A stretch of 64,000 nucleotides of DNA from Leidyana gryllorum EB-2025a. Lineage: Eukaryota; Protista; Apicomplexa. How positions within the stretch are numbered: the stretch's first letter is position 1; the number at the start of each line of letters is the position of its first letter. Below, in pieces: positions 1 to 11,331 of this stretch. The position numbers and the translations under genes are program-made. The stretch covers positions 1 to 64,000 of the forward strand of contig JBLWGC010000201.1 of assembly GCA_048772705.1 (NCBI GenBank), written 5' to 3'. The notes under the pieces are model-generated. The model was given only the letters and a program-made list of their open reading frames with translations, was not told the DNA's origin and did not search any database.

Positions 1-762
1 ATGCGATATCTGTCAAAAGACCAAAACCAGCAATCAACGACCACTCGGCCTGTTGCACCCCATTGACCCACCCGACCGCCCATGGCAAGAGGTGAGCATA
101 GACTTGCTGTCGCTCCCAAAGGACGAGACGTCGGGAATGGACTGTATATTCACCATCATAGATCGACTCACCCGAAGGGTCATATTGATCCCGTGCACGA
201 AAGACATATCAGCCGCAGACACTGCGAAGCTTCTCATTCAGCATTTGGTCCGACCTCACGGATGCCCACTGATCATAATCTCAGATCGGGACTCACGGTG
301 GCTGTTCGAGGTGTGGGAAGGAATGCTGGACGGATTTCCAGGAACCAAGCTCCGCCCTAGTACCGCTTTCCACCCACAGACCAACGGAATGGTGGAACGG
401 GCACATCGGTCGATGATACAGCTACTCCGAGCAGCATGCCAGGGCCTGGAGGAACAGTGGATCGACATCTTACCAGTCATAGAAATGGCACTCAACTCTA
501 CCGTCCAGACCCACTCCACTGGCATATCACCCCACGAAGCCGAAACGGGAGAGATCACTACGGACCCCCCTCACACTAGCAGTACCACCACCTCCCAACA
601 CAACGAACGGAAGGCCACTCCTTCAATTTGAGCGACTCCAGGAGATCAAAGACCGCATCACGGCGGCACAGACTCAGCAGAAACAGGCGGCCGACCAAAG
701 GAGGTCGGTTGGAAACTTCGAGGTTGGGGATACAGTCCTACTCAGCACCAAACACCTCTCGC
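1..762 (+). pseudogene. Ty3/Gypsy integrase fragment (rve core into C-terminal region), frameshifted and truncated
   Basis: ORF 53-631 has PW..VSID, IDRLT, SDRD, HPQTNGMVER motifs; another frame continues ERLQEIKDR..FEVGDTVLLSTKHLSH and then fuses to a tRNA-Ala remnant. Confidence 0.9.
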
Positions 763-884
763 ACCCTAAGCGAGCGCTTCACCACTTGAGCTAGTCCCCC
801 GCTGTGCACCATCGCATTTAGTGGTACTTCACACAGTATGACCACTCTCTCGAGTGTACCTAGCGGGTTGCACGACCGATAGGC

Positions 885-957
885 GGCAGTTTGGTCTAGT
901 GGTATGATCCTTCCTTAGGGTGGAAGGAGTCCTGGGTTCGATTTCCCAGAACAGCCC
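885..957 (+). tRNA. tRNA-Pro(AGG), with T-arm 1-nt insertion
   Basis: ggcagtttggtctagtggt..ttAGGgt..ggttcgatttcccagaacagccc. Confidence 0.7.
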
Positions 958-1066
958 TCTTGGTTGTCGGTTGACCCGATGGGATAAGCAGTTTTAAAAC
1001 TAACACAGCCACCTCGTCAGCATCTCAAGAATCGCATTTCGGCTCCCTCTTCCATGTTCCAGACCG

Positions 1067-1139
1067 AGCAGTGTAGCTCAGTGGAAGAGTGGTGGGCTCG
1101 TAACCCAAAGGTCACTCGATCGAAACGGACTCATTGCTA
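1067..1139 (+). pseudogene. tRNA-iMet-body copy with CGT anticodon
   Basis: A1 start, GATCGAAA T-loop of initiator tRNA, anticodon loop ctCGTaa, T-stem mismatches. Confidence 0.7.
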
Positions 1140-1186
1140 AGTGTGCGCAAAAGGGAAACATTTAGAATAGATCGTCTCGTGAGCAA

Positions 1187-1258
1187 AGCCTTCTGCCGGA
1201 ATCGAACCGGCGACCTTTCGCTTACTAAGCGAACGCTCTGCCCCTAAGCTAAGAAGGC
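1187..1258 (-). tRNA. tRNA-Thr(AGT)
   Basis: gccttcttagcttagggg..ttAGTaa..ggttcgattccggcagaaggct. Confidence 0.9.
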
Positions 1259-1733
1259 AATGCAAGCCGAAGATCACGAAACAGTCTCTAATGACGGAGA
1301 TTACTGGACCACTTTGCTCGAGTAGTCCAAGGACTTCCACTGCCGGGACTTGAACCCGGATCGTGCGAGTGAGAGCCGCTTGTCCTAGCCACTTAGACTA
1401 CAGTGGGCAAGTTCCCCAATTGAGGTTTCGGATGAGAACCGTACCCTCTTAACAAGAGGTAGTCTAGTCGGGTCAACCTACAACAAAGGGGTTGCGGATG
1501 AAAGTGGAGGGTCTCTCCACTAAGCTCAGAAACATTGTAAGGGGTCTTGTAGCTCAGTCGGCAGAGCGTGTGGCTTTTGATGACAAACTCGGAGGTGCAA
1601 GACCTAACAGAACCGGCTTCAGATGCACCCTAGACATTGAGTGCGGTGCTCTCCCAATGGCACTTGTGGTTCGCGACTCTTCAAAGATGGTAGCGATGGG
1701 TCTGACTGCGGCCACGTGCAGCCGTACGTACTT

Positions 1734-1806
1734 TGGACGACCTGGGCATCGATCCCAGTACCTCTCGCATGCTAAGCGAGCGCTTTACCATTTGAGCTAG
1801 TCGCCC
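1734..1806 (-). tRNA. tRNA-Ala(AGC)
   Basis: gggcgactagctcaaatggt..ttAGCat..ggatcgatgccc. Confidence 0.85.
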
Positions 1807-2069
1807 GTGGTGCAGACCCCATCGCATTTGTTGGTTCTCAACATAGTATGACCACTCTCTCAACTGTACTCAGCGGGTTGAACCACCGGCTAGGCGGCTG
1901 TTTGGTTTAGTGGTATGATCCTTCGTTAGGGTGGAAGGAGTCCTGGGTTAGATTCCCAGAACAGCCCGTCTGATAGTTGTTGACGCAACACGGCACTCGA
2001 CCCATCCCGGACAGCTAAGACAGGATCTGAGTTGTTGACTCAAACAGGCTGCAACCCGGCCATTCGCCC

Positions 2070-2142
2070 AGACGCTACTGGGACTCGAACCCAGAATCCC
2101 CGGTTCCGTAGACCGATGCCATATCCATTAGGCCACAGCGCC
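2070..2142 (-). tRNA. tRNA-Arg(ACG)
   Basis: ggcgctgtggcctaatggat..ctACGga..ggttcgagtcc. Confidence 0.85.
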
Positions 2143-2376
2143 AACTAGCAGGAGCCGTCAAATGGAAGTGTGTAGCGATCAAGACAGGACATGGGCAGCT
2201 ACGCCCGATGGTGGGTCTGGACAGACTTCACCCACATCTCCCATTCGAGACATCGGGGACATACTATCCAAGCCAGGATTCGGGCCTGGGTATGCACGGC
2301 CACAACTTGCTGAGGCTGGTGGGTACCAAAGCCACTCCAGTTGTCAGGCTGTCGGGCTTTGTGTCCTTGCTTTCTT

Positions 2377-2449
2377 GCCGCCCTAGCTCAGTCGGTAGAG
2401 CGCAAGACTCTTAATCTTGCAGTCGCGGGTTCGAGCGCCGCGGGCGGTG
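2377..2449 (+). tRNA. tRNA-Lys(CTT)
   Basis: gccgccctagctcagtcggtagagc..ctCTTaa..ggttcgag. Confidence 0.85.
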
Positions 2450-2509
2450 TGGATCTATCTCCCTAAAAGTAAGAATGGAACTGTTGCCCACAAGCACACT
2501 CAGCTGGAT

Positions 2510-2582
2510 TTCCACTGCCGAGACTTGAACCCGGATCGTGCGGGTGAGAGCCGCATATCCTAGCCACTCAGACTACAGCGGA
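2510..2582 (-). tRNA. tRNA-Glu(CTC)
   Basis: Glu body with ctCTCac loop; a few stem mismatches. Confidence 0.7.
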
Positions 2583-2662
2583 CAAGTGCCCGAGTTGAGG
2601 CTTTGGGGAGAGCCGTACCATCTTGAGATGACGTGTTTTGCCGAGTCAGCCAACAACAAAGC

Positions 2663-2734
2663 GGGCTGTTCTGGGAATCGAACTCAGGACTTCTTCCACC
2701 CGAAGAAACAATCATACCACTAGACCAAACAGCC
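2663..2734 (-). tRNA. tRNA-Pro(CGG)
   Basis: Pro body with ttCGGgt loop. Confidence 0.7.
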
Positions 2735-2847
2735 GGTGCATCAGACAGTACAATTGACTTGGTTTTGCGTCCAGCGTGGAGCGAGTTCGAGTCGGGCAGA
2801 AACCTCATTTCAATCATTGAAGCAGTTGCGCTCTCCCCGAATGCTAC

Positions 2848-2929
2848 CGACAAGGGTGAGATTCGAACTCACGCCGTTGAAACCCAACGGCTTAGCAGGC
2901 CGCCGTTTTAACCGCTCGGCCAACTTGCC
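2848..2929 (-). tRNA. tRNA-Ser(GCT)
   Basis: Long variable arm, ctGCTaa loop, gttcgaatc. Confidence 0.8.
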
Positions 2930-3132
2930 GAGAGTGTAACTGGTTACACCTTCTCTGGGAAGGAAACGAATCGGCGACCTTTCGCTTACTAAGCGAACCC
3001 TCTGCCCCTAAGCTAAGAAGGCAACTTAGCGGGAGAATCATGTGTCAGTTGTAACGACGAAAGTTAGCCGGGTGCTACGTGCACGGCGGGCAGTGCTGGG
3101 ATCCAGTCGCAGGTTGTCCTGACTACAACGGC

Positions 3133-3212
3133 TGACAAGAGTGGGATTCGAACCCACGCCCTTTCGGACTGCGGCCTGAACACAGCGCCTTAGACCACTC
3201 GGCCATCTTGCC
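3133..3212 (-). tRNA. tRNA-Leu(CAG)
   Basis: ggcaagatggccgagtggtctaaggc..ttCAGgc, long variable arm. Confidence 0.9.
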
Positions 3213-3370
3213 GGAGCGTTCTTGGCTCGCCACTTTACACGTTTTACTGTCCGTGAAGTTCTCAGAAGGAAGGCTTCTAGGGTTGAAGACGCGGAAGACG
3301 CGGGTTCGATGCCCTGTCTCGAAGACAGCACGTTTCCTCGCTTTGGGTGGCACTCTTCAAAGATTCGAGC

Positions 3371-3443
3371 TACAGCCACCTGGGATCGAACTCGGGACCT
3401 TCTGCGTGTTAAGCAGACGTCGTAACCACTAGACCATGACTGC
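3371..3443 (-). tRNA. tRNA-Val(AAC)
   Basis: Val body with ttAACac loop; some mismatches. Confidence 0.75.
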
Positions 3444-3503
3444 ATGAAAGCTTTCCGCAGACCAAGAGAAGTTGCGAAGTTTCAAGAAGTAGAACTAGTT
3501 GCG

Positions 3504-3570
3504 AGGTCGCGCCGGGAATCGAACCCAGGTCGGGAGATTCAAAGTCTCCAGTGTTAACCATTCACGACCA
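3504..3570 (-). pseudogene. tRNA-Gln(TTG) pseudogene
   Basis: ctTTGaa loop and B box, D-arm partly deleted. Confidence 0.65.
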
Positions 3571-3883
3571 AGAATTATAAGAGTGTATGAAGCCATTGGG
3601 ATTGGAAATGAATGCGTTCAGAGCTGGTACCCACCCGATCGTTGGCGTGGCAGGCGAATGTAACTTTGATACCATGTCGGAGGCACGCCCCAACCTCAGA
3701 GCCCAGCTTTTCCATTCTCTAGCTTCAACAAGACAGGGAACGCTTCGTAGCGGGACAGGAACCGAGCTGATAAGATGGCTGAGGGGTCCAAGGCGCTGTA
3801 TTCAAGTCGCAGTTTGAAAGGGCGTGGGTCCAAATCCCACTCTTTTCAGGTTGAGCCTCATACGGGAAAAAAAAGAGTCTGAT

Positions 3884-3953
3884 TGAGCCCATAGTGATTC
3901 GAAAACCCAACCTTCTGATCTGGAGTCAGACGCGGTACGTTGGCCATAGGCCC
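3884..3953 (-). pseudogene. tRNA-Trp(CCA) pseudogene
   Basis: tctgactCCAgatcaga anticodon arm; degenerate D/T arms (second copy ~9985-10057). Confidence 0.65.
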
Positions 3954-4008
3954 AAAACCATCCCCCGCTCCAGACTCATCACTTGGTGGTCAGGAATGGA
4001 GGTGTCAC

Positions 4009-4079
4009 GCATCTGTGGTCTAGTGGTAGAATGTCTCGTTGCCATCGAGACGACCCGGGTTCGATTCCCGGCATATGCA
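4009..4079 (+). tRNA. tRNA-Gly(GCC)
   Basis: gcatctgtggtctagtggt..ttGCCat..ggttcgattcc. Confidence 0.85.
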
Positions 4080-4529
4080 GAGGACACACTGTTGTTTTTC
4101 CATCATTCCAGAAATTCATGCCTCAGTTGGTGTTTACCCCTCCAACCACATCGCACAACAACTGCTGGATTTGAACCAGCGCCAGGGCCAGGCCCAGTAG
4201 ATTTCTAGTCTACCCCCTTAACCACTCGGGCAAGTTGCCGCTGTCGAACTTGGCATTTTGCAGCCAGTGGCTTCGCATACGCTTCAGCACTGCTCGCGCC
4301 CCCGAACCCGCGGTTCTCCCATCAAAAGTCTTGCGCTCCACCGACGGAGTTGGGGCGGCAAGGAAGCTCGCCCTGTACCCGGGGAAGGCCCAAGATTCCA
4401 TGATCAATACAAATAGAGTTGGTTACTAAGTTCGAATCTGTATCAGAGATCCACTCACTTGATCACCCCGACATACCATTTTTTCCAAGACGGTACGGCT
4501 CTCGGCCGAAGCCCCAACTCAACCACGCG

Positions 4530-4602
4530 TCCACTGTAGTCTAAGTGGCTAGGATATGGGGCTTTCACCCGCACGATCCAGGGTTCAAGTCCCGGGAGTG
4601 GA
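4530..4602 (+). tRNA. tRNA-Glu(TTC)
   Basis: tccactgtagtctaagtggctagg..ctTTCac..ggttcaagtcc. Confidence 0.75.
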
Positions 4603-5023
4603 AATCCAGCAGAGAAGTGTGGTTGTAGGTAACGGCTTCCAGAGACATCGATTTGCACCGCCCGCGGGGCTGGAACCCGCGACTGCGAGATTGGAAGGTC
4701 TTGGGCTCTGGGGAGCTGAGCTCAGGGCGGCAACGAAGCTCTAAACTGAGCTATACCCTATTTACCGTTGGGTGGAGCAGTGGAAGTATTGAGTGGTGGA
4801 ACAATGTGCTTCAGTAACTTCCGTCAATAGGGACTCATTCGTGATGTCCAGTTAACATTGCTTTCTTAGCTTGGGGCAGAGCATTCGCTTAGTAAGCGAA
4901 AGGTCGCCGGTTCGATTCCGGCAGAAGGCTTTGCTCACGCACTTAAGCTTTTCTGACTGGTCTCTCAGTCTCGATAAGGATCTGAGAGGTTTGGAGGGGA
5001 ATTGCAATGCACTTTAGACTGGT

Positions 5024-5083
5024 TGTCCGAGCCTGGGTTTCCACGGCCACAACGTGCTGTCCTAACCACTAGACGACTCGGAC
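5024..5083 (-). pseudogene. tRNA-His(GTG) pseudogene with T-arm deletion
   Basis: ttGTGgc loop, D-arm gtctagtggttagg; degenerate copies ~2265, ~17873, ~21534. Confidence 0.6.
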
Positions 5084-5357
5084 AAATCTTTGAGCGAGGC
5101 TGTAGAGGTAGCGAAGCATGGATGGGATTAGGATGGAACAGGAGCGTCAGACGAGCTGCGTTGCAAGAAGTCCACTCCTCAACTTCAGGTGACGGAATTT
5201 ACTCGTGGAATATCTGATGCCACCACTACAGTCAGATACGTTACCATCTAAGCACCCCGGGCCGTAAGAGTACTTCGGGGCGGCACACCGCAGCCAGAAC
5301 GACATCGGCGGTCGCAACGGAAGCCATTAACACTTTGGAACTCAGAAGGAAAGTAAT

Positions 5358-5441
5358 GCACAGATGCCCGAGTGGTCTGAGGGGCCAGACTCAAGTTCTG
5401 GTATGCGCAAGTCTGCACGGGTTCGAATCCCATTCTGTGCA
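5358..5441 (+). tRNA. tRNA-Leu(CAA)
   Basis: gcacagatgcccgagtggtc..ccagactCAAgttctgg..ggttcgaatcc. Confidence 0.75.
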
Positions 5442-5719
5442 ACGGCGATCATCCCCAAAAAAGCTGCAAGGGCCACAGTAGTTTCGAATCCCCATTTGTA
5501 TATGCATACATACACCAAGTATTCGGCTGTTGCTCTGCTGGTATAATCTTTCCTCAGAGTGGAAGGAGTCCTGGGTTCAATTCCGAACAGCCCTATTGGT
5601 CGTTTGACTTGACCGGACATGTTGCCCTCAGAACCAACACAGCCCACTTCGGTAGGGCAGTCAGCGCAACTAATCTCTCGAGAATCGCATTTCGGCTACC
5701 TCTGACATGTCGCAGAATA

Positions 5720-5791
5720 AGCAGTGTAGCTCAGTGGAAGAGTGTTGGGCTCATAACCCAAAGGTCCGTCGATCGAAACGACGCACTGCTA
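5720..5791 (+). tRNA. initiator tRNA-Met(CAT), intact
   Basis: A1:U72 pair, GGG/CCC anticodon stem, ctCATaa, GATCGAAA T-loop. Confidence 0.92.
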
Positions 5792-5838
5792 AGTGTGCGC
5801 AGAAGGGAACAGTTGTAGGATAGATTGGCTCGTGAGCA

Positions 5839-5910
5839 AGCCTTCTGCCGGAATCGAACCGGCGACCTTTCGCTTACTAAGCGAATGCTCTGCCCCTAAG
5901 CTAAGAAGGC
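5839..5910 (-). tRNA. tRNA-Thr(AGT)
   Basis: Same body as 1187-1258. Confidence 0.9.
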
Positions 5911-6266
5911 AATGCAAGCCGGGAATCACGCATCAGTCCCTATTTACGCAAGTTATCAGAGCACTTTGATCGAGTACTCTAATGACTTCCACTGCCCGGG
6001 ATTTGAACCCGGATCGTGCGGGTGAAAGCCGCATATCCTAGCCACTTAGACTACAGGGGACGAGTCACAACAGTTGCACTGACGAATGAGGCGCCAGAGA
6101 ACTGTGAGTCGGTCTCAGATGGGAAGTTCACCTAGGTTTGGCGGGTGGGCGGCTATCTCAAGTGGTAGAGCGGTGACTTGGCAGGCGAGACACCTATCAA
6201 TGCCGCAGGACAGGCTGAACATGGGGGCATTTGGTCACTCCTCGTGGCATGTCGAATTCGACAGTA

Positions 6267-6348
6267 GGCAACTTGCCCGAGTGTTTAAGGGGGTAGACTA
6301 GAAATCTACTGAGCCTGACCCGGGCTGGTTCAAATCCAGCAGTTGTCG
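6267..6348 (+). tRNA. tRNA-Ser(AGA)
   Basis: ggcaacttgcccgag..gtagactAGAaatctac..ggttcaaatcc. Confidence 0.8.
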
Positions 6349-6568
6349 TGCTATGTCATGGGAGGGGTCAAACACCAACTCACGCATAAAACTCAACCAT
6401 GTGCTATCTCCTCTGCATCTGCCGGGAATCGAACCCGGGTCGTCTCGATGGCAACGAAACATTCTACCACTAGACCACGATGTCGTAACACCTTGTTGTT
6501 GGAGCTCGTACACAATAACGGCCGTTTTGCTTCGAATGAGAATACAGGGTGAAGTTGGCGAGTATGAG

Positions 6569-6639
6569 AGGCACGCGCGAAGTTGAACCACCGACTTGCT
6601 GATCTGCAGTCAAATGCTCTACCACTGAGTTACGTACCC
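6569..6639 (-). tRNA. tRNA-Cys(GCA), degenerate
   Basis: tgactGCAgatca anticodon arm; copy at ~9131-9200. Confidence 0.65.
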
Positions 6640-6767
6640 ACGAGGCGCCCTGAAGTTGAGATGAAACGCTGGAAGATGTTAAACCAACATTCCTGACCAT
6701 AAGGGGTTGCGAATCCTTCGCCAGCAAGAGGAGGGTTCCTATATTAACCTCTGAAACATTGTAGCTG

Positions 6768-6840
6768 GGTCTTGTAGCTCAGTCGGCAGAGCGTGTGGCT
6801 GTTAACCACAAAGTCGCAGGTTCGAAACCTGCCAGGTCCG
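6768..6840 (+). tRNA. tRNA-Asn(GTT)
   Basis: ggtcttgtagctcagtcggcagagc..ctGTTaa..ggttcgaaacc. Confidence 0.85.
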
Positions 6841-7141
6841 CTTTCAGAGGCACCCTAAACATTGACTGCGCTGCTCTCCCAATGGCACTTGTGGTCTGCG
6901 ACCCTTCAAAGATGTAAGGTGGTTTGGATCCCGCCACGTGCAGCCGTACGTACTTTGGACGACCTGGGCATCGATCCCAGTACCTCTCGCATGCTAAGCG
7001 AGCGCTCTACCATTTGATCGCCCATTCAGCAACCCCCAGTACATCCAGTTCTTTTTACATGGTATGACTTCAATCTCCTAACTCCATCGATCACTTTCAC
7101 CAGTTTGTGCTCCACTTTGCACAAACGAAGGCACGCAGGAA

Positions 7142-7213
7142 ACGGCTGGAGGGACTCGAACCCTCAACCTTTGCCTAGGACGGCAACGCGCTATCCATTC
7201 CGCCACAACCGCA
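7142..7213 (-). pseudogene. tRNA-Arg(CCT)-like, degenerate
   Basis: gcggttgtggcggaatggatagcgc..CCT..ggttcgagtcc. Confidence 0.55.
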
Positions 7214-8525
7214 TTCGGGACGCATCCGACTTTTGAGTGGGACGAACGAGCTTCCCGAGGTGTCTCCTCTTTCACCCAACCAGTAGCGAGATGACCGAAG
7301 CCTATCCATGGTGCGGTGGCCTAATGGAGAGGGCATCGGTCTTCGGAACCGGGAGTTGTGGGTTCGAGTCCCGTCCGCATCATAGCCTCTCACTCGGGAG
7401 ACGTTTCGTTTCGACCGAGGCAAGCTTGCTAGCTGTCTGGGGATCCACTGCCCCGCATGCGGGGCTGAAGTGCTCGTGGTATGAGTTTCCTTCGCCTGGA
7501 GAAAGTGCTTGACTCGATTCCGGAACAGTGTCTTTGAGTAGGTGCTCGTCGCAGAAAATGCCCGAGTCTCTCGGGGTGCTGCAGCGCAATTGCACTTGTG
7601 GTCTTTGGGTAAGATGCCCCTTCAAATTTCGCAACCCGGGTTCGAGTCCCGGCAGGTGCAGCTGTATGTAAGTCATTGAACCCGTGCAATGTGCTCCAGT
7701 AAAACTCAGTGAGTCAATAGTGACTGATGCGTGATCTCCAGCTAACATTGCCTTCATAGCTTAAGGGCAGAGCATTCGCTCAGTGAGCGAAAGGTCGCCG
7801 GTTCGATTCCGGCAGAAGGCTTTGCACACAAGCCGATCTATTCTGAAGCTGTCTCCCTTTTGCGCACATCTAGCAGTGCGTCCTTTCGATCGACGGACCT
7901 TTGAGTTAGAAGCCCAACACTCTTCCACTGAGCAACACTGCTCAGTCACTGCTCAGTCTGCAACATGTAAGAAGTAGCCGAAATGCGATTCTCGAGATCT
8001 TAGTTGCCCTGACTGCCCTACCGAAGTGCGTTGGGCTAGTGGGTGCCTCAGGTACTGGCAGGAGCCAGTCTGCGACTTCGTGGCTAAGAGACTTACCCTC
8101 TGGTGGCTGAGCTACGAGGTTCGGCTAAGATGAATGGAGCTTGAGAGACTTAAGCTTTGCAGGTGCCCAGTCATGCAGTAAAGCCTTCTGCCGGAATCGA
8201 ACCGGCGACCTTTCGCTTACTAAGCGAATGCTCTGCCCCTAAGCTAAGAAGGCAATGCAAGCCGAAGATCACGAATCAGACACTATTGACGGAGATTGCT
8301 GGAGCACTTTGCTCCAGTAGCTTCCACTGTCGGGACTTGAAGCCGGATCGTGCGGGTGAGAGCCGCATATCCTAACCACTTAGTGGACAAGTGCCCGTTG
8401 AGGCTTTGGACGAGAGCCGTACCGAATTGAGATCAGGTGGAGCGTCGGGTCAAGCGACGACGAACGGGCTCATCGGATACGTGTGTCCAAAGACACACGC
8501 CCCTTTCACAGCCCGGAAGGTCCGT

Positions 8526-8598
8526 GCAGCCATGGTCTAGTGGTTACGACTTCTGCTTAACACGCCGAAGGTCCCGAGTTCGATCCTCGGTGGCTGTA
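8526..8598 (+). tRNA. tRNA-Val(AAC)
   Basis: gcagccatggtctagtggtt..ttAACac..agttcgatcctc. Confidence 0.75.
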
Positions 8599-8908
8599 GC
8601 TCGAACATGTGAAGTGAGCTCCACCCAAAGCGAGGAAACGTGCTGTCTTCGAGACAGGGCATCGAACCCGCGTCTTCCGCGTCTTCAACCCTAGAAGTCT
8701 TCCTTCTCGAGAACTTCACGGACAGAAAACGTGTAAAGTGGCGAGCCAAGAACGCTCCGGCAAGATGGCCGAGTGGTCTAAGGCGCTGTGTTCGAGCCGG
8801 CATCCGAAAGGGCGTGGGTTCGAATCCCACTCTTGTCAGCCGTTGTATTGTTTTGGTAGGTAGTCCCCTCTCTTCACTGATAGACAGGTGGTTCGAGCTA
8901 CATACGGC

Positions 8909-8979
8909 TGCACCTGCCGGGACTCGAACCCGGGTTACGACCTTGGAAGGGTCGCATCTTACCCTTAGACCACAAGTGC
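8909..8979 (-). tRNA. tRNA-Gly(TCC)
   Basis: gcacttgtggtctaagggtaagatgcgacccTTCCaaggtcg..ggttcgagtcc. Confidence 0.85.
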
Positions 8980-9431
8980 AATTCCGAAAGAGTTGCAGCA
9001 CCCCGAGACACTCGGGCGATTTCTGCACCCCACCGTCCGCCACACACCCAAAATTGTCCACCGACTTCAGACTCATTGGCATGTGGTCAGGGATGTATTT
9101 CCAACATCTTACAACCTTCAGGTCATCTTTAGGGCACGCGCGGAGTTGAACCACGGACTTGCTGATCTGCAGTCAGCTGCTCTTACTGAGCTACGTACCC
9201 ACAAAACACCCGTCATACTCGCTCAGCTAGATTCTGTCTTCTCGTTTGAAGCAAAACGGCCGTTATTGTGCACGAGCTTGAACAACAACGAGTCATGCAT
9301 CTGTGGTCTAGTGGTTAAATGTGTACCGTTAATAGAGACGAGACCCAGTTAAATTACGGCAGATGCAGAGGAGATAGCACATGGTTGAGTTTTATGCGTG
9401 AGTTGGTGTTTGACCCTCCGATCACATCGCA

Positions 9432-9513
9432 CGACAACTGCTGGATTCGAACCAGCGCGGGTCAGGCCCAGTAGATTTCGAGTCTACCCCCTTAACCACT
9501 CGGGCAAGTTGCC
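9432..9513 (-). tRNA. tRNA-Ser(CGA)
   Basis: Ser(AGA) body with ctCGAaa loop. Confidence 0.85.
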
Positions 9514-10871
9514 AACGGTCGAACTCGGCATGCCGCAGACAGTGGCTTCACATACGGTTCAGCAAGCTTGACTCGGACCGCTCGCCCCGAACCCTCCATT
9601 GCAACTCTTGCGCTCTGCCGACGGAGCTGGCGCGGCAGGGAAGCTCGGACCTGGTAACAAATCCCTTCCGTATTGGTCGCAGAATATTGGGGCTTCCTCG
9701 AGTCCAGGGCGAATCTTTATCAGATATCCACTCACTTGGTCACGCCCGGGCTCGAACCTGGGGCCTTCAGCTTGCTGAGGGCTCACGCTCTAACCAACTG
9801 AGCTACGCGACCCCTCCTGCGACGACAGGTGGCATCGACGCGGAATTGCTGGATCCCCCAGAGCTGGAATAAAAAATCAGAGCCATTTAGACACTGGCGG
9901 ACAGCTGTAGACGGCGCAGCGCTGGAAGGGCGTCGACCCGACTTCCACTCTTGTCAAATTGCGCCGCATACGGGAAGAACATGAGGTCTGATAGAGGGAT
10001 TCGAAGACCCAATTTGCTAAGCTGGAGTCAGGCGCGTACGTTTTCCGCCATAGGCTCAAAATTATGCCGCGCTCCACACTCATGCATTGTGCTCAGGACG
10101 GAGAACAACATCTTCGAGCGTTTTAGGTCATCTTCAGAGCAGGCGCGGAGTTCCCAGTACCGCAGTCTATGTCTAGGGTACCTCTGAAGCCGGTCCTGGC
10201 AGGTTTTGAACCTGCGACTTCGTGGTTAACAGCCACACGCTCTGGCGACTAAGCTACAAGACTCGCTCACAATGTTTCAGAGGTCAGTAGAGAGACCCTC
10301 CACTTTCTACTGCAGGATTCTGCAATCCCTTTGTTGTAGGTTGACCCGACAGACCAGGTCTTGTTAAGAGGGTACGGCTCTCGGCTCAAGCTGCAGCTGA
10401 GTGAGTCGTCCACTGTAGTCTAAGTAGCTAGGATATCCCGGCTCTCACCCGCACGCTCCGGGTTCAAGTCCCGACAGTGGAAGTCATTTAACTACTCGAA
10501 CGGAAGCGCTTCACTGATCTCCGTCGATAGCGATTTTTCGTTATACCCGGCTTACATCGCCTTCTTAGCTTAGGGGCAGAGCGTTCGCTTCGTAAGCGAG
10601 AATTCGCCGGTTCGATTCCGGCAGAAGGCTTTGATGCATCGATAGGCTTATAAGAAATGGCTGTCATCACGTACAAGATTGAACAGGATGGTGTTCGGCA
10701 TCTGTGGTCCAATGGAAAACTCTCTCGCTGGCATGATGAATCGATAGGCTTATAAGAAATGGCTGTCATCACGTACAAGATTGAACAGGATGGTGTTCGG
10801 CATCTGTGGTCCAATGGAAAACTCTCTCGCTGGCACCGAGATAACCCGATTCCCGACAGATGCAAAATGAT

Positions 10872-11177
10872 TGGTTTGATAGGCGGAACCTCCGCCGAAT
10901 CGCTGGTTCCGTCCCTAGTTGGATGCATTGGGTCCATGATCTATACTGACGGCTAATCTGGGTATCCTGAAATTGGGTTTTGGTCTGGTAAGTGCTCGTA
11001 ATTGAATTGGTTGTATTGGAACGTAATGAAAAATAAACAATAAAAACGTGTGTGTTGTGTTCGCGTCTCCCTTCACCAGGCCGGTATGTAGATCTAGCTT
11101 AGCTTAAAGGCCATAGGCCGTTATTGACTCTGGGGCTTAACTGAAAGAACGCAGATCAGGTTCAAAATGACGCATCA
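10872..11177 (-). repeat. Element G 3' LTR
   Basis: Direct repeat of 15597-15902. Confidence 0.95.
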
Positions 11178-11331
11178 GCCACCCCCTCCAGCCACAGAGT
11201 CTTGCTTCCTCCTCTTCACGGGTATTGGTCCCATGGCATTCACCGCCTCCGTGTCGCCTAGAATGGCCTTCCAACTTAACATCAGCAGCAGTTCATATCC
11301 CTTTCCCTAGGGTAATGAGGTAACTCCCTCT

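Noticed and set aside
5625-5700. U6/5S-like hairpin (cccacttcggtaggg)
   Set aside because: No ACAGAGA box or 5S internal motifs; only a recurring spacer.
6885-6945. Possible UCA (Sec/suppressor) tRNA from TTCAAA loops (also ~1660, ~7592)
   Set aside because: These are decayed Gly(TCC) bodies with deletions and no Sec-type arms.
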